DNA of 63,853 bases, filler included, from Octopus bimaculoides (Eukaryota): the NCBI RefSeq assembly GCF_001194135.2. It is 8 parts of 6 records of this genome, joined end to end, with 100 filler letters (N's around TTAATTAATTAA, not from the genome) between each part and the next. Parts side by side here need not be neighbours in the genome. Positions count along the whole stretch, not along the records: positions 10,522 to 16,321 come from NC_068983.1; positions 16,422 to 26,858 come from NC_068990.1; 6 more parts are not named here. The stretch is one strand, 5' to 3'. The notes under the pieces were generated by a model that did no database searches, was not told where the DNA came from, and saw only the letters and a program-made list of their open reading frames with translations. Below are positions 13,245 to 24,084 of the stretch, in pieces; position 1 is the stretch's first letter, and every line of letters begins with the position of its first letter. Position numbers and translations under genes: made by a program.

Positions 13245-13565
13245 GAAAAAGAAGAAGAAGAAGAAGAAGAAGAAGAAGAAGAAGAAGAAGAAAAAGAAGA
13301 AGAAGAAGAAGAAGAAGAAGAAGAAGAAGAAGAGGAGGAGGAGGAGGCAGAAGGAAAATAAGAAGAGGAAGAAGAGGGAGACGAAGAGGAGGAAGAAGTG
13401 GAATAAGAAGAGGAAGTAAGAGAAAGAAGAAGAGGAGGAGGAAGGAGTATAAAAAGAGGAAGAAGAAGAAGAAGAAGAAGACGAAGAAGAAGAAGAAGAA
13501 GAAGAAGAAGAAGAAGAAGAAGAAGAAGAAGAAGAAGAAGAAGAAGAAGAACAAGAAGAACAAGA
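13245..13565. repeat. (GAA)n trinucleotide tract abutting the 3' end of a Tx1/L1-like element
   Basis: Directly visible; source of poly-E/L/S/F ORFs. Confidence 0.95.
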
Positions 13566-13569
13566 AGTA

Positions 13570-14265
13570 CCCTCTCCAATTCCTTCTCTCCTACTCACAG
13601 GTCAACGCTTAGAGAAGTAACATCCATTCTTGCCATGTTCGCAACTTTCACCCACCTTTCAATAAACTCACTCGAAGACAGAACTTCCCTCTTTACACTC
13701 AAATTCCTTTTCAAGTGAAACTTGAAGAACTCAATGAGAGCTCTATCAAAGAGGAATGTATCTGTCCTCATGCCCTTCGGCCTTGCCCACCAAACAACCT
13801 CTTTCATCACCGCCATTAGGAGAAGGAAAATTGCCTTGCTTGTCCGATTGACACTACAGACTCGGTCGATAGACAGATCCGTCCCACACGTGACAACAGT
13901 TGTTCAATGCAGCCTCACAAGTCAACAGTTCGGCATAACCTCACAAGTCAACAAGACAACAATTGTTCGACATAACCTCTCAAGTCAACAATACCTGGTC
14001 ATTGAACGAGTGCGTGCAGAACGGTTTCGTCACTCAAGGTGCATCTCGGCCAAACCCCTCAGACAGCACATCCGTGCCTGTAGTGTTTAACTCGAACCGG
14101 TAGTGACCCCCGGTAGTGCCACCAGACCAACGACATCTGGAAATTATTCATGGTAATCTCCGACCGGAAAGTCCTCCGGAACAGACTAGCCAGTTCATTT
14201 TCGTCGGCACACACAGTCTCTCTGAGAACATCATCGCACTTCCCCACCACTAATCCTCTAAAAAA
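13570..14265 (-). mobile_element. 5'-truncated Tx1/L1-clade non-LTR retrotransposon (C-terminal zinc-binding region)
   Basis: NNFQMSLVWWHYRGSLPVR...WPRCTLSDETVLHALVQ*P is a decayed CxxC...H...C motif; the C-terminal FFKFHLKR...KREVLS...WVKVA is shared with the 62.4 kb copy. Confidence 0.75.
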
Positions 14266-14710
14266 TTCTGAAGCGGAACATCAACCAATCCCGTTGCCCC
14301 ACTGGTAGAGGGCAATATTATTATTATTATTATTATTATTAATAATAATAATAATGATAGCGCCTACAGAATATCTCAGTGGGATTGAACTCGGAACGAA
14401 AGAGCCGAAAGAAATGCCGCAATGCATTAACACTTGAACGAATCTGGCGATCCTCCATCATTACAACAACTGTAATATATTAATAATTTTCAGACTGAAA
14501 TCAGAAATATTCGTTAGAAGAGGAGATAATGGATTGTTAAAACATGTGAGATTAGCTTAAAATATTATTTTCATGTGTGTGGGATCGAAAGATGGAAATA
14601 AGTGCCAGGAGACCAACAAAGATGAACTGATGTATAGAAATGGCGCCTACGACTACATGGTGTGGTGAGATCAAATGTAAAGGGAGACGTGTGTGCTGGA
14701 CCGCGCTTCA

Positions 14711-14745
<35 letters not shown>

Positions 14746-14842
14746 ATGCACACACATGCACACACATATACACATTTACACGCATACATGTATGTATATA
14801 CGTGTACGTATGCATGGATAGATAGATGGATGGACGGGTGGT

Positions 14843-15068
14843 GGAGGTGTATGGGTTAGTGCTTATCATAGGATAGTGGTTTCGATTCCTGGGCCGGGTG
14901 ATGCATCGCGTCCTTGAGCAAAACACTTCATTTCACGTTGCTCCACTTCACTGAGTTAACGAAAATCAGTAATGCTATGATGGGCCGACGTCCCATCCAG
15001 GATGTGTAGGGGTATTTATGCTACAGAAACCGGGAAACCGGACCTTATGAGTTTATCCGACTCGAGAA
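14843..15068 (+). mobile_element. SINE family B (tRNA-derived); partial second copy at ~28728-28826
   Basis: ggtttcgattcc B-box, cttgagcaaaacacttcatttcacgttgct shared by both copies, tail atgctacagaaaccgggaaaccgg. Confidence 0.75.
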
Positions 15069-15122
15069 GGAGCTTTATATCCTAAATGGATGGATGGATG
15101 GACTAGTGAATGCATAAGCGTA

Positions 15123-15282
15123 TATATGGTTGTGTGGTCTAGAAGCCTGCTTTGCAACTATGCGGTTTGGCCTTCAGTTTCACTGCGCGACGCCTTGAGC
15201 AAAGGTTTTCTCCTATAGGCCTGAGTCGACTAATGCCTTGTAAGTGAATTTGGTATACGGAAACTGCGTGGATGCCCGTCGT
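15123..15282 (+). mobile_element. SINE family A head
   Basis: ggttgtgtggtctagaagcc...gtgaatttggtatacggaaactg. Confidence 0.75.
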
Positions 15283-16085
15283 ATATACATTACAAACACA
15301 CACACACACACAGGCACGTACATATATATAAGCCCAACCGTCACTTGCGAATGATTATGGCTTTATAACATGTACCATGCTTTCGTTAACTTTTAGGTGC
15401 CTGTGTAGTCACGAATAGAAGACGTAACACCCTCTCGATTCTCTTGTCTTTTTTTCGTCCAGTACTTTATCTAAGATGTCGAAGTACAGCAGATTGATGC
15501 ACTAGGATAGCACTCATAGCAAAGCAAACTGAAGCAACATAAAATAATGCCTTATTGAATGCCTCAACTCAGCTTCGTCATGAATGGTAACTTATTTTCC
15601 GTTTACACACAGCTCGTCAGCTAGTTTTAATAATTGATTTGCTTTCCTTTAATACTCATTGCTTGTACATTCTCACTTTCCACACCACCTAACTTCTCTG
15701 TCCATACAGCAAGACACACTTCATCTACCTTCACTACATTCAAACACCCACGCTATGATGCCTTACACAACACATACTAACATCATCCATTACTCACGAG
15801 ACATTTGCACAATCTCTCAAAACCCTGGTGACGCACCTAACTCCCATTTTCTCTCTCGCGCGCACACACGTAAATATACTTCCCACCTACGTCATTTCAC
15901 GTCACCACATTCTCTCTTACCTATCACACATGCATAAACCTATTTCACACGTTATTAACTTCATTTCGTTTCGTCCTCCTACACTTGTCAGACTTTCATT
16001 ACACCACGCTTACACTTTCCTCATTGCACTACTTCCTCTCTGCCATTCGAGCATTTTTGAGCCATGTTTGAAATTTCTTATTCTT

Positions 16086-16143
16086 TTTATTTTCTTTTAC
16101 CTTGAACATTGCCCGAGACTTCGATTTATCTTGTTTTTTTATT
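16086..16143 (-). terminator. Candidate SRF polyadenylation signals (AATAAA on minus at 16143-16138 and 16091-16086)
   Basis: First AATAAA hexamers I found downstream of the SRF stop, but they lie beyond the gap 16322-16421. Confidence 0.3.
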
Positions 16144-16716
16144 TACATTATTGCACAAATACGTTGAATTTTATCTGTGTCGTTTGCTTGCAATTTTTGC
16201 TCCTGACTTCATAACTACTAGAGGCTCACCTACAGTATCACTTAAAATTATTAGCATTCATTTCTCTTGTTATGTATATGTATATATCTATATCTATATG
16301 TTTATATATACGTTTATATATNNNNNNNNNNNNNNNNNNNNNNNNNNNNNNNNNNNNNNNNNNNNTTAATTAATTAANNNNNNNNNNNNNNNNNNNNNNN
16401 NNNNNNNNNNNNNNNNNNNNNTATATATATATATATATATATATAATGGAAGTAAAAAAGGCACGCATAAAATTAAATCGTTAAATTATAAAACTTTTCA
16501 AAAGAATAAAAACAAAAATAACAAACATGAGACTAATAAATGATGGTCGGCAAAAAACATAGTGCAGCAGGCTTTCATCAATTACTCCAAAAGGTGACGA
16601 CTGCATCTTCGCTCCCCAATAAGTTCATCAGGTTCAACGGTGTTGTTGGATCGATATCTTCAATCACCAAACACTTCAACACTCAACGCAGAGTGAAATA
16701 ATTTTATATATAAATT

Positions 16717-16747
<31 letters not shown>

Positions 16748-16821
16748 CTGTATATACACCATGTAATTGCGAGTGTATATATTTAAATATATGTGTATGC
16801 CTGAGATGTGATGTTTAAATT

Positions 16822-18423
16822 TCATTTTCTTGCTTTCTTTGGTTGGGAAAGTTCTGCGATTGCATTCGTAGTCTCTGTCGTAGCAAACTGCAGGACTGGA
16901 GAGCTTAGGGGCATTGGAAGGGTTATTATTTGTTGGGTTCCATTGTTTTGATCCGTAGATTGGAGGGCAGCTGATTGCTGAAAGTTTAGAAGAGAACCGT
17001 CTGGCAGTGTAGGAGCGGCATACACGACTCCTTGAGGGGTCTGATACATCACAAATCCAGGGGTCATAGTTGTGGCCGATGTCGTACCATGCTGACCCGT
17101 GGCAGGGACAGACATAAGGTTTACAGTCTGGTTTTGGGTGTTATTTGTACTTGTCGAAACCGACGTCGCTGATGTCGTGGATGCTGAAGCTGTTAGTTGC
17201 AAGGCTTCTCCACTTACTGAAGTCACCGTCGTTGGGCTACTCATGTTTGTATTATTATTGGTGTTGCCAGATATATTGGCTATGGACACTACTTGTGTAT
17301 TAGGTAGTCGGTACACAGGTGCGGCTGCCGCCTGGGCGATTTGTTGGGTCCCCTGTTGAAAGGGGATTGTAAATTGCGTCCCTGGCTGCAAAATAGCCGT
17401 CAGACTAGGCGATACCTGCATGGAGATATTAGTGTTCGTGTTGCCATTGCTGGTGGTAGAATGGGTTGAGGCGGTGGTAGCATGAGCAGCAGTAACAGAA
17501 ACCGGCTTTGTCGTGGTTGCAGAGCTAGATGGTATCGTTGATAGAGTGGAAGGCACCAGCGCGGCCATGGGTAACTGATTCTGACCGACACCAGTTGAAG
17601 TAACGTACAGTGACGTTGATTGCGGTGGCGGAGGCGACGACGTCATGGCGTTACCTATAAGTTGAGATCTGTTTAGCACCTGGTCCCCTGGCATCTGGGC
17701 CAAAAGGGGTTTCAAATCCGCTTTATTTTCATCCTCCACTGAATACGTTAGTTCAGTTTCTTCGAATCCGGTAGGGTTCATACGTTGTTGATGGGAAGGA
17801 CCATCGGCAGAAGTGTCCGGGGAATTTAAACAGGTTTGGATAAGGGCTTTTCCGCTGTCACTCGTTATCATGGGTTGAAGCTTGCGAGTGGCGAATGTAT
17901 ATACATGTCCCGTTTCACTCGCTACAAGCAGCATTACCTGAGTACCAGTTAATGTAGATAATTCATAAGCTTTTTTCATGATCCCAGTTTTTCTTTTACT
18001 GAACGTTGTATACCTGCGGAGTTTATTTTGAATAAATTCCATTTTGATTTTGACACGACCTTTTGTCTTTTTGCCAGGTTTTAGTCCATCGGGCGGTCGT
18101 CTAACCTGATGTTGGCCTTGGTTTTGTTGATGTGACTGTGATTGTAAATGTAAATCGTTTCCAATACAATCACTTTCTGAATCTGAATCCGAATTATCGT
18201 CACCAAGTTCGTTATTGGAATGTGTTGAAGCCATGGTTGTCTGCATCCTGCTGCCTGGAGCCAAACTCAAGTGTTTCGAGTCAGCCCCACTCGGAGCGGT
18301 CGATGCAATTCCCGAAGTTTTGAATACGCTTTGATCCACTAGTAGTCTACTACCATTTGTTATGTTATCTGAATGGACGTACTGCGATACTGTTAACGTT
18401 TCACAGTGATTAGAATTCTGCAT
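16822..18423 (-). CDS. SRF: Serum response factor (SRF-type MADS-box transcription factor), single-exon ORF, 533 aa from the first ATG
   Basis: KPGKKTKGRVKIKMEFIQNKLRRYTTFSKRKTGIMKKAYELSTLTGTQVMLLVASETGHVYTFATRKLQPMITSDSGKALIQTCLNSPD (about 18081-17815) is nearly identical to the animal SRF MADS+SAM core; downstream QRMNPTGFEETELTYSV and GFVMYQTPQGVVYAAPTLPDGSLLNF match SRF motifs; uninterrupted frame to TGA. The track's start at 18429 is a TTG; the ATG is at 18423. Confidence 0.97.
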   Translation of the reverse strand: MQNSNHCETLTVSQYVHSDNITNGSRLLVDQSVFKTSGIASTAPSGADSKHLSLAPGSRMQTTMASTHSNNELGDDNSDSDSESDCIGNDLHLQSQSHQQNQGQHQVRRPPDGLKPGKKTKGRVKIKMEFIQNKLRRYTTFSKRKTGIMKKAYELSTLTGTQVMLLVASETGHVYTFATRKLQPMITSDSGKALIQTCLNSPDTSADGPSHQQRMNPTGFEETELTYSVEDENKADLKPLLAQMPGDQVLNRSQLIGNAMTSSPPPPQSTSLYVTSTGVGQNQLPMAALVPSTLSTIPSSSATTTKPVSVTAAHATTASTHSTTSNGNTNTNISMQVSPSLTAILQPGTQFTIPFQQGTQQIAQAAAAPVYRLPNTQVVSIANISGNTNNNTNMSSPTTVTSVSGEALQLTASASTTSATSVSTSTNNTQNQTVNLMSVPATGQHGTTSATTMTPGFVMYQTPQGVVYAAPTLPDGSLLNFQQSAALQSTDQNNGTQQIITLPMPLSSPVLQFATTETTNAIAELSQPKKARK

Positions 18424-18539
18424 TGTCAACGAGAAAGGAATAATTTACCAAATTAAACGAACTGCCGTCAATAGGAAAGCCATAACGGGAAAGTGAGGAA
18501 CAAATTACAGCCAAGCATTCAATAACTACACAAATATAT

Positions 18540-18574
18540 ACTTCCGCCAAAAAAGTCCATTACGATTCGCCATT
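18540..18574 (-). promoter_or_regulatory. ETS-type (CGGAAGT) and YY1-type (AATGGCG) motifs in the probable SRF 5' leader/proximal promoter
   Basis: acttccg 18540-18546 and cgccatt 18568-18574 on the plus strand. Confidence 0.35.
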
Positions 18575-18778
18575 GTCAAATATAAAGAAAACTAATAAAT
18601 AACTACGACACAAGCACTAATGATTGTTTAAGGGAAACTACTATATTGTCAGGCATTCGCAATATAACTGTCTGCAAAATAACTGTGTATTTGCGTGTAT
18701 GCAATGAAACTAGCGCGGAAGAATATGTGAGGTTGGCCGTGTTGTGTTACCCGTATCAAGTTTGGAAGTACGGGGTTC

Positions 18779-18840
18779 CCATATATGGATGGCACGGCCA
18801 AATATGGCGCACGTGGAATGTGTGTGTGATTGACCCGCCC
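18779..18840 (-). promoter_or_regulatory. SRF promoter: tandem CArG boxes, E-box, GC box
   Basis: CCATATATGG 18779-18788, CCAAATATGG 18798-18807, CACGTG 18810-18815, CCCGCCC 18834-18840, in a CpG-retaining island upstream of the ATG. Confidence 0.85.
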
Positions 18841-20139
18841 CTCGCTTCACTCATTCTCTCTCTCTTCGTTTAATATTCTTCTTATCACTAACTCTTTCCC
18901 CTCCTTCTCTCCACTCGTCTATCTTTTATTCTTTCTCTAAAAAAAAAAAAAAAACCTTTCTCCTTTTACCCTCTCTTATTCTCTATGCAACAGTAACATA
19001 CCGCTCCCACTTCGACTATTTGGTGGTTCTGACGATAAGCTTTCAATAAACTATGGTAGCCACTAAATGTCACTTTTCTTAATTAAAGTTTGTCCATTCA
19101 TAATTTTTCTTAATATTAAAATAATTCATGAAAATAGAGATAAGAGTATGTTAACAAAAAATATCTTCGAACCATACGTTTAATTTTTTGATTAAAAAAA
19201 AAATACCTGTTATACGCAGAACTACCCAACTTTACCCAATTTTTTGTTCACTATCAAAATAATTCATTGTGCGTCTAATTATAATTTTTCTTTCATCAAA
19301 GTAAGTTTCAAATTAAAGAATAGTAATTGTAGATTACTCCTTATAAAAAACACAAGAGATAAATCTCTAATTATTAAATATTCATTTTATTTTAAACTTA
19401 TCAACATAAAAGCAGAATCGAAATTCTGTTGCAGGCGAGTAAGTGCTTCTGTAATAAAGAAAGGGCAACTGTCGCATGTGGCGTGCTTTTTTTACTACTA
19501 ACTTTCACAAAAGCGTGTTTGTTCGTGTGAGAGGCTCTGACAACTCGAGGTTTTATTTAGAACGTCTTCTCTCTCTCACTGCATCTCTCTATCTTTCTCT
19601 TTATATCCTCTCTCTCTTTCTACCTTATATTCTCTTACTGTTTTCTCTCACTTTTTAACACTCATTTTTCTCTGTCTATCTATTTATCTGTCTGTCCATC
19701 TTTCTGTCAGTCAGTCTGTCTGTCTATGCCTTTCTCTATCTTTTCTGCCTTTCTCTCTCTCTCTCTAAATTAATTTTTCTTTCCTCATCTAATCTTCTAT
19801 CTTTTCTTCTCTTTTCTTCCATTATGCTTCACTTTTTCTCGTTCTCTTTATAACTTTTAATCTCTCATATTTTCATTTATGTCGTTATTTCTCATATTCT
19901 TTTAATCTCTTCTTATACTTTCCTTCTATTTTACTCATTTCTCTCCCTCTACATACCTCCTCCTCCGTGTTTCTTGTATCCACCCACTCTTCTCTGTTTT
20001 CCCTCTTCTTTTTCTCACATTCCTATTTTCGTTTTCATTTCTGTTTCTCTTGATCTTTCTGTCTCGCCTTTTTCTTTTCTCCATTATATCTCCTTACTCC
20101 ACTTTCTCCATCTTTCACCCCCTCCCCCTCCTCCTCTTC

Positions 20140-20236
20140 TTCTTCTTCTTCTTCTTCTTCTTCTTCTTCTTCTTCTTCTTCTTCTTCTTCTTCTTCTTCT
20201 TCTTCTTCTTCTTCTTCTTCTTCTTCTTCTTCTTCT
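20140..20236. repeat. (TTC)n microsatellite
   Basis: Directly visible. Confidence 0.95.
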
Positions 20237-20271
20237 TTATTCACTCATATTCTTACCATTATCTTTTTTTC

Positions 20272-20460
20272 TGCGTTTCAGTCATTAGACTGCGGCCATA
20301 CTGGGGCACTGCCTTGAAGAGTTTTAGTCGAAGGAATTGAGGCCAGTACTTAGTTATTCTTAAAATCTGGTACTGTTGGTCTTTTATGTCGAACAGGTAA
20401 ATTACAAGGATGTTAACAAACCAACTCTGGTTGTCAAACGGTGATGGGTGACAAACACAC
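20272..20460 (-). mobile_element. SINE family A 3' half
   Basis: tttcagtcattagactgcggccatactggggcac...ggttgtcaaacggtg. Confidence 0.8.
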
Positions 20461-20527
20461 GCACATACATATATATACATACACTCATACATACATACAT
20501 ACATACATACATACATACATACATACA

Positions 20528-21145
20528 TGGACCAACAACCAGATTACTACCTCCCACTTTGAAGGGTATGTATTTGCAATCCAGGAACAGGAAATATCAA
20601 CCAAATACCCAATGCACAAAAGGGACAGAGATGCAGAAAAAGCAGTAAAATGTGACAACCGATGCAGACTTTGTGGAGTTTACACTGAAGATATCACCCA
20701 CATCAGAAGCAGTTGTCCGAAAATGTCATCACGGTATTATCTGCAGTTACTCTATCCAGATTACAAGTTCAGGCTTATACCTGTAATTATTGGGACCCTG
20801 GGATATGTAACACACTGCTTAAATGCCAATCTTCAGAAATTAGGCTTCCGCAAAGCCAGAAAGGAGAAAGCTAATTCAAAGACTACAGATTCAATCCATC
20901 GCTAGAATTGTAAAAATCGGTAAAACTTTCCAGAAGTTTGTCATTTAAGTATATATGAGCATGTCTAGATCTGCAAGCATATGCATGAGAATACATACAT
21001 AAAACAAACATACAAATCAGTAAATATATATACATACATACATGCATGCATGCATACCTTGTTGTTGCTGTTGAAATTCCAATGAAAGACCGTTGGAGCT
21101 AGGTTAGAAACTGGTTCTTTCTCAAGTGGCAAGAAATCTTGAAAT
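20528..21145 (+). mobile_element. 5'-truncated, internally deleted R4-clade (RLE-type) non-LTR element: CCHC knuckle, nuclease tail, 3' UTR
   Basis: EGYVFAIQEQEISTKY...CRLCGVYTEDITHIRSSCPKMSSRYY...IPVIIGTLGYV; flanked by (CATA)n on both sides. Confidence 0.8.
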
Positions 21146-21649
21146 AAAACTGAATAATGATATGTATGTACATACAGACAAACATGCATACATGTATACA
21201 TCCATACATATATGCATGCATGCATGCATCCATCCATACATACATACAATATTAAGCTTAGAAGCTATGCACATTAACAGAATTTCCGACGAAAGTAGAA
21301 TAAAACAAACCGCACATATATACATATACATAAAAACATGAACAGAAATCTTCGAGCGAAGAATTTTGAACGAATCTGAATAAATCACAAGTTTGCTTCT
21401 AACCCACAGACATTATATAAAGAGACGAGGAAGGAAAAAATTACTGTTAAGAGATCCCCCCCCCCCCAGAAAATCTTGTATTATTCTGGCTGAAAATCTG
21501 GAACGAAAAGAGAAATCTCAAGCTCAGTGCATCGTGACTAAATGCAGTAAAGAGAGAGAGAGTAGTGTACTAGCATAAGACAGCAAAACATATGCAGTTG
21601 ACTCGGAAGCTTTCACCATAGCTGTAGGCAAACTGTATAATGGAAGGCA

Positions 21650-22340
21650 TCGGGAAGGGCCCTAATAGTTGGATATTGGTATAACAAGCTGACATTTTAC
21701 AGGAAACCACTAATAAGTTTATTCAAAAGTACTATGGAAGGTCAGATTGACATACGAAATTGATTTGCTATAGCACGGACGAATCTCGTGGCCAAGAACG
21801 AAACCACTGAGTTGCCTGAAAAGTATAGGCTCGTTGCTTGCCTAAACATTATGTACAATCTATCTCAACCAATTCCTCCAGGATCATTGCGAGTCCAGCA
21901 ACATAGCGACTGATGAGCAGGTTTGAAGTTGGAAAAAAAAACAAAAAAAAAAAACATCGTCGGAGCCTTACAACAGTATGGGCTTGATTGGAGGAAAGCA
22001 TTTGGCTCTTTCCCCCACTCATGGCTACTGAAGTGTCTCCATTTGGTAAAAGAATCTGCTATCTTAATTACTGCCATTGAGAGGCTAACAAAGACCTGGA
22101 AAACAATTCTCGCTCTCAGAACGGAGAATGGAACGGTCATCTCAAATGCCATAAACACTTCAAAGGGCATATTTCAAAGAGAGAGTCTCTGTAAGTTTGT
22201 CCATGTTGGCGTTAGATTCATTGTCATTCCTGCTACAAAAATCAAATGGCTACATCCTAGGGTCTGCAACTGTTAGAAATATTAATGTAACCCATAATTT
22301 TGTGGATGACCTCAAGATTTGTGTTTAAAATGTTAACAAT

Positions 22341-22374
<34 letters not shown>

Positions 22375-23220
22375 AAAAGAAAAAACCCAGCTGGAATTAA
22401 TAATATTTTCAGCCAACATAGGAATGGAATTTGGCCAAAAGAAATGTTTATATTTGATTGTTGAACGGGGAAAATCTATTCCCCGGACCCCAAACTTGTG
22501 CAGCAATGCTCTCACTATCTCTCCTGTCCCACACAAAGAATGCTACGAGTACCTAGGCATTGATGAAAATATATTATACGAAGGTACTTTGAATAAAGAT
22601 AGAGTGACCCAAGAATATTATAGCAGACTTAGAAAAATAAGGCAGCCGGAACTCTTCTCTTGCGGTACTCCCACAATGCATTCGCAGTACCAGTGCTGAT
22701 TCCAACATTTGAGACATTTTTGTGGTCTATAGAAGAAATCCACTCCATAGACATTAAAACCCGCAAGATTCTGACTTCAACTGAAATCTCCACAGAAAAA
22801 GTGATATCGACAGGCTCTACCTTCGAAGAGATAGAGGAGGTAGAGGCTTGAAATTAGTAGGCAGCCTCAGATAGCACTTGCTAATCAACAACAGCAAAAA
22901 TAATTTCATTAACTTAGTGCTGAAAAGTGAAGGAAACAATATTCTAAGTGTCGGAAGCGAACTCTTCAAGAAGCATTCTCTTCCTGATGACCTCCCATAC
23001 AATCCCAAAACAGTTGCATTAACATACTTCAAAAAAGACCTGGAAGTGAAACGCTCAGTATACCAAAACGAAAAAAAAAAAAAAAAGACCATGTAGGGGT
23101 ATGTTTCCTGAAGGCTTGAAGAAGACAATAACATTGAGATGAAGTGAAGTCTCTCTTGGACTCGTGACTAATCCAAAACAATCTAAAAACAGGAGATTGC
23201 TACTAAATACCTAATAAACA
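21650..23220 (+). mobile_element. Degenerate R4-clade reverse transcriptase region
   Basis: KYRLVACLNIMY, LDWRKAFGSFPHSWL, KGIFQRESL, HNFVDDLKI, GMEFGQKKC, YEYLGI, FHRKSDIDRLYLRRDRGGRGL across frameshifts. Confidence 0.85.
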
Positions 23221-23222
23221 AA

Positions 23223-23328
23223 GCTATAGTAGAAGACACTTGCCCAAGGTACCACGCAGTGGGATTGAACCCGGAACCATGTGATTGGTAAGCAAGCTAC
23301 TTACCACACAGCCACAACTGCACCTACA
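23223..23328 (-). mobile_element. SINE family A head
   Basis: agtagaagacacttgcccaaggtaccacgcagtgggattgaacccggaacc...taccacacagcc. Confidence 0.85.
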
Positions 23329-24084
23329 ATTACATATATGTTTANNNNNNNNNNNNNNNNNNNNNNNNNNNNNNNNNNNNNNNNNNNNNNNNNNNNNNNN
23401 NNNNNNNNNNNNNNNNNNNNNNNNNNNNNNNNNNNNNNNNNNNNNNNNNNNNNNNNNNNNNNNNNNNNNNNNNNNNNNNNNNNNNNNNNNNNNNNNNNNN
23501 NNNNNNNNNNNNNNNNNNNNNNNNNNNNNNNNNNNNNNNNNNNNNNNNNNNNNNNNNNNNNNNNNNNNNNNNNNNNNNNNNNNNNNNNNNNNNNNNNNNN
23601 NNNNNNNNNNNNNNNNNNNNNNNNNNNNNNNNNNNNNNNNNNNNNNNNNNNNNNNNNNNNNNNNNNNNNNNNNNNNNNNNNNNNNNNNNNNNNNNNNNNN
23701 NNNNNNNNNNNNNNNNNNNNNNNNNNNNNNNNNNNNNNNNNNNNNNNNNNNNNNNNNNNNNNNNNNNNNNNNNNNNNNNNNNNNNNNNNNNNNNNNNNNN
23801 NNNNNNNNNNNNNNNNNNNNNNNNNNNNNTATATATATATATATATATATGATATGTGTGTGCGTGTGTGTTAACTCTGATGTTTACCTTAATAAGTTCA
23901 TCTACGGGTGCAGGCTATGAACCAAAATAAAATGCCAAGTAGTGTTTGTTTATTGCATCAAGCACATGTCCTAAAATCAATAAATATCCGTTGAGTTTTA
24001 CGATTAGAAACGACAAGAATAGAGTGAGCGAGTGATTTCATTACATCAATTTCCAATTATTTCGTTTGAATTCAAAATGGTGAA

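Noticed and set aside
18424-18429. TTG start of the 535-aa ORF
   Set aside because: An in-frame ATG follows two codons later, the expected eukaryotic start.
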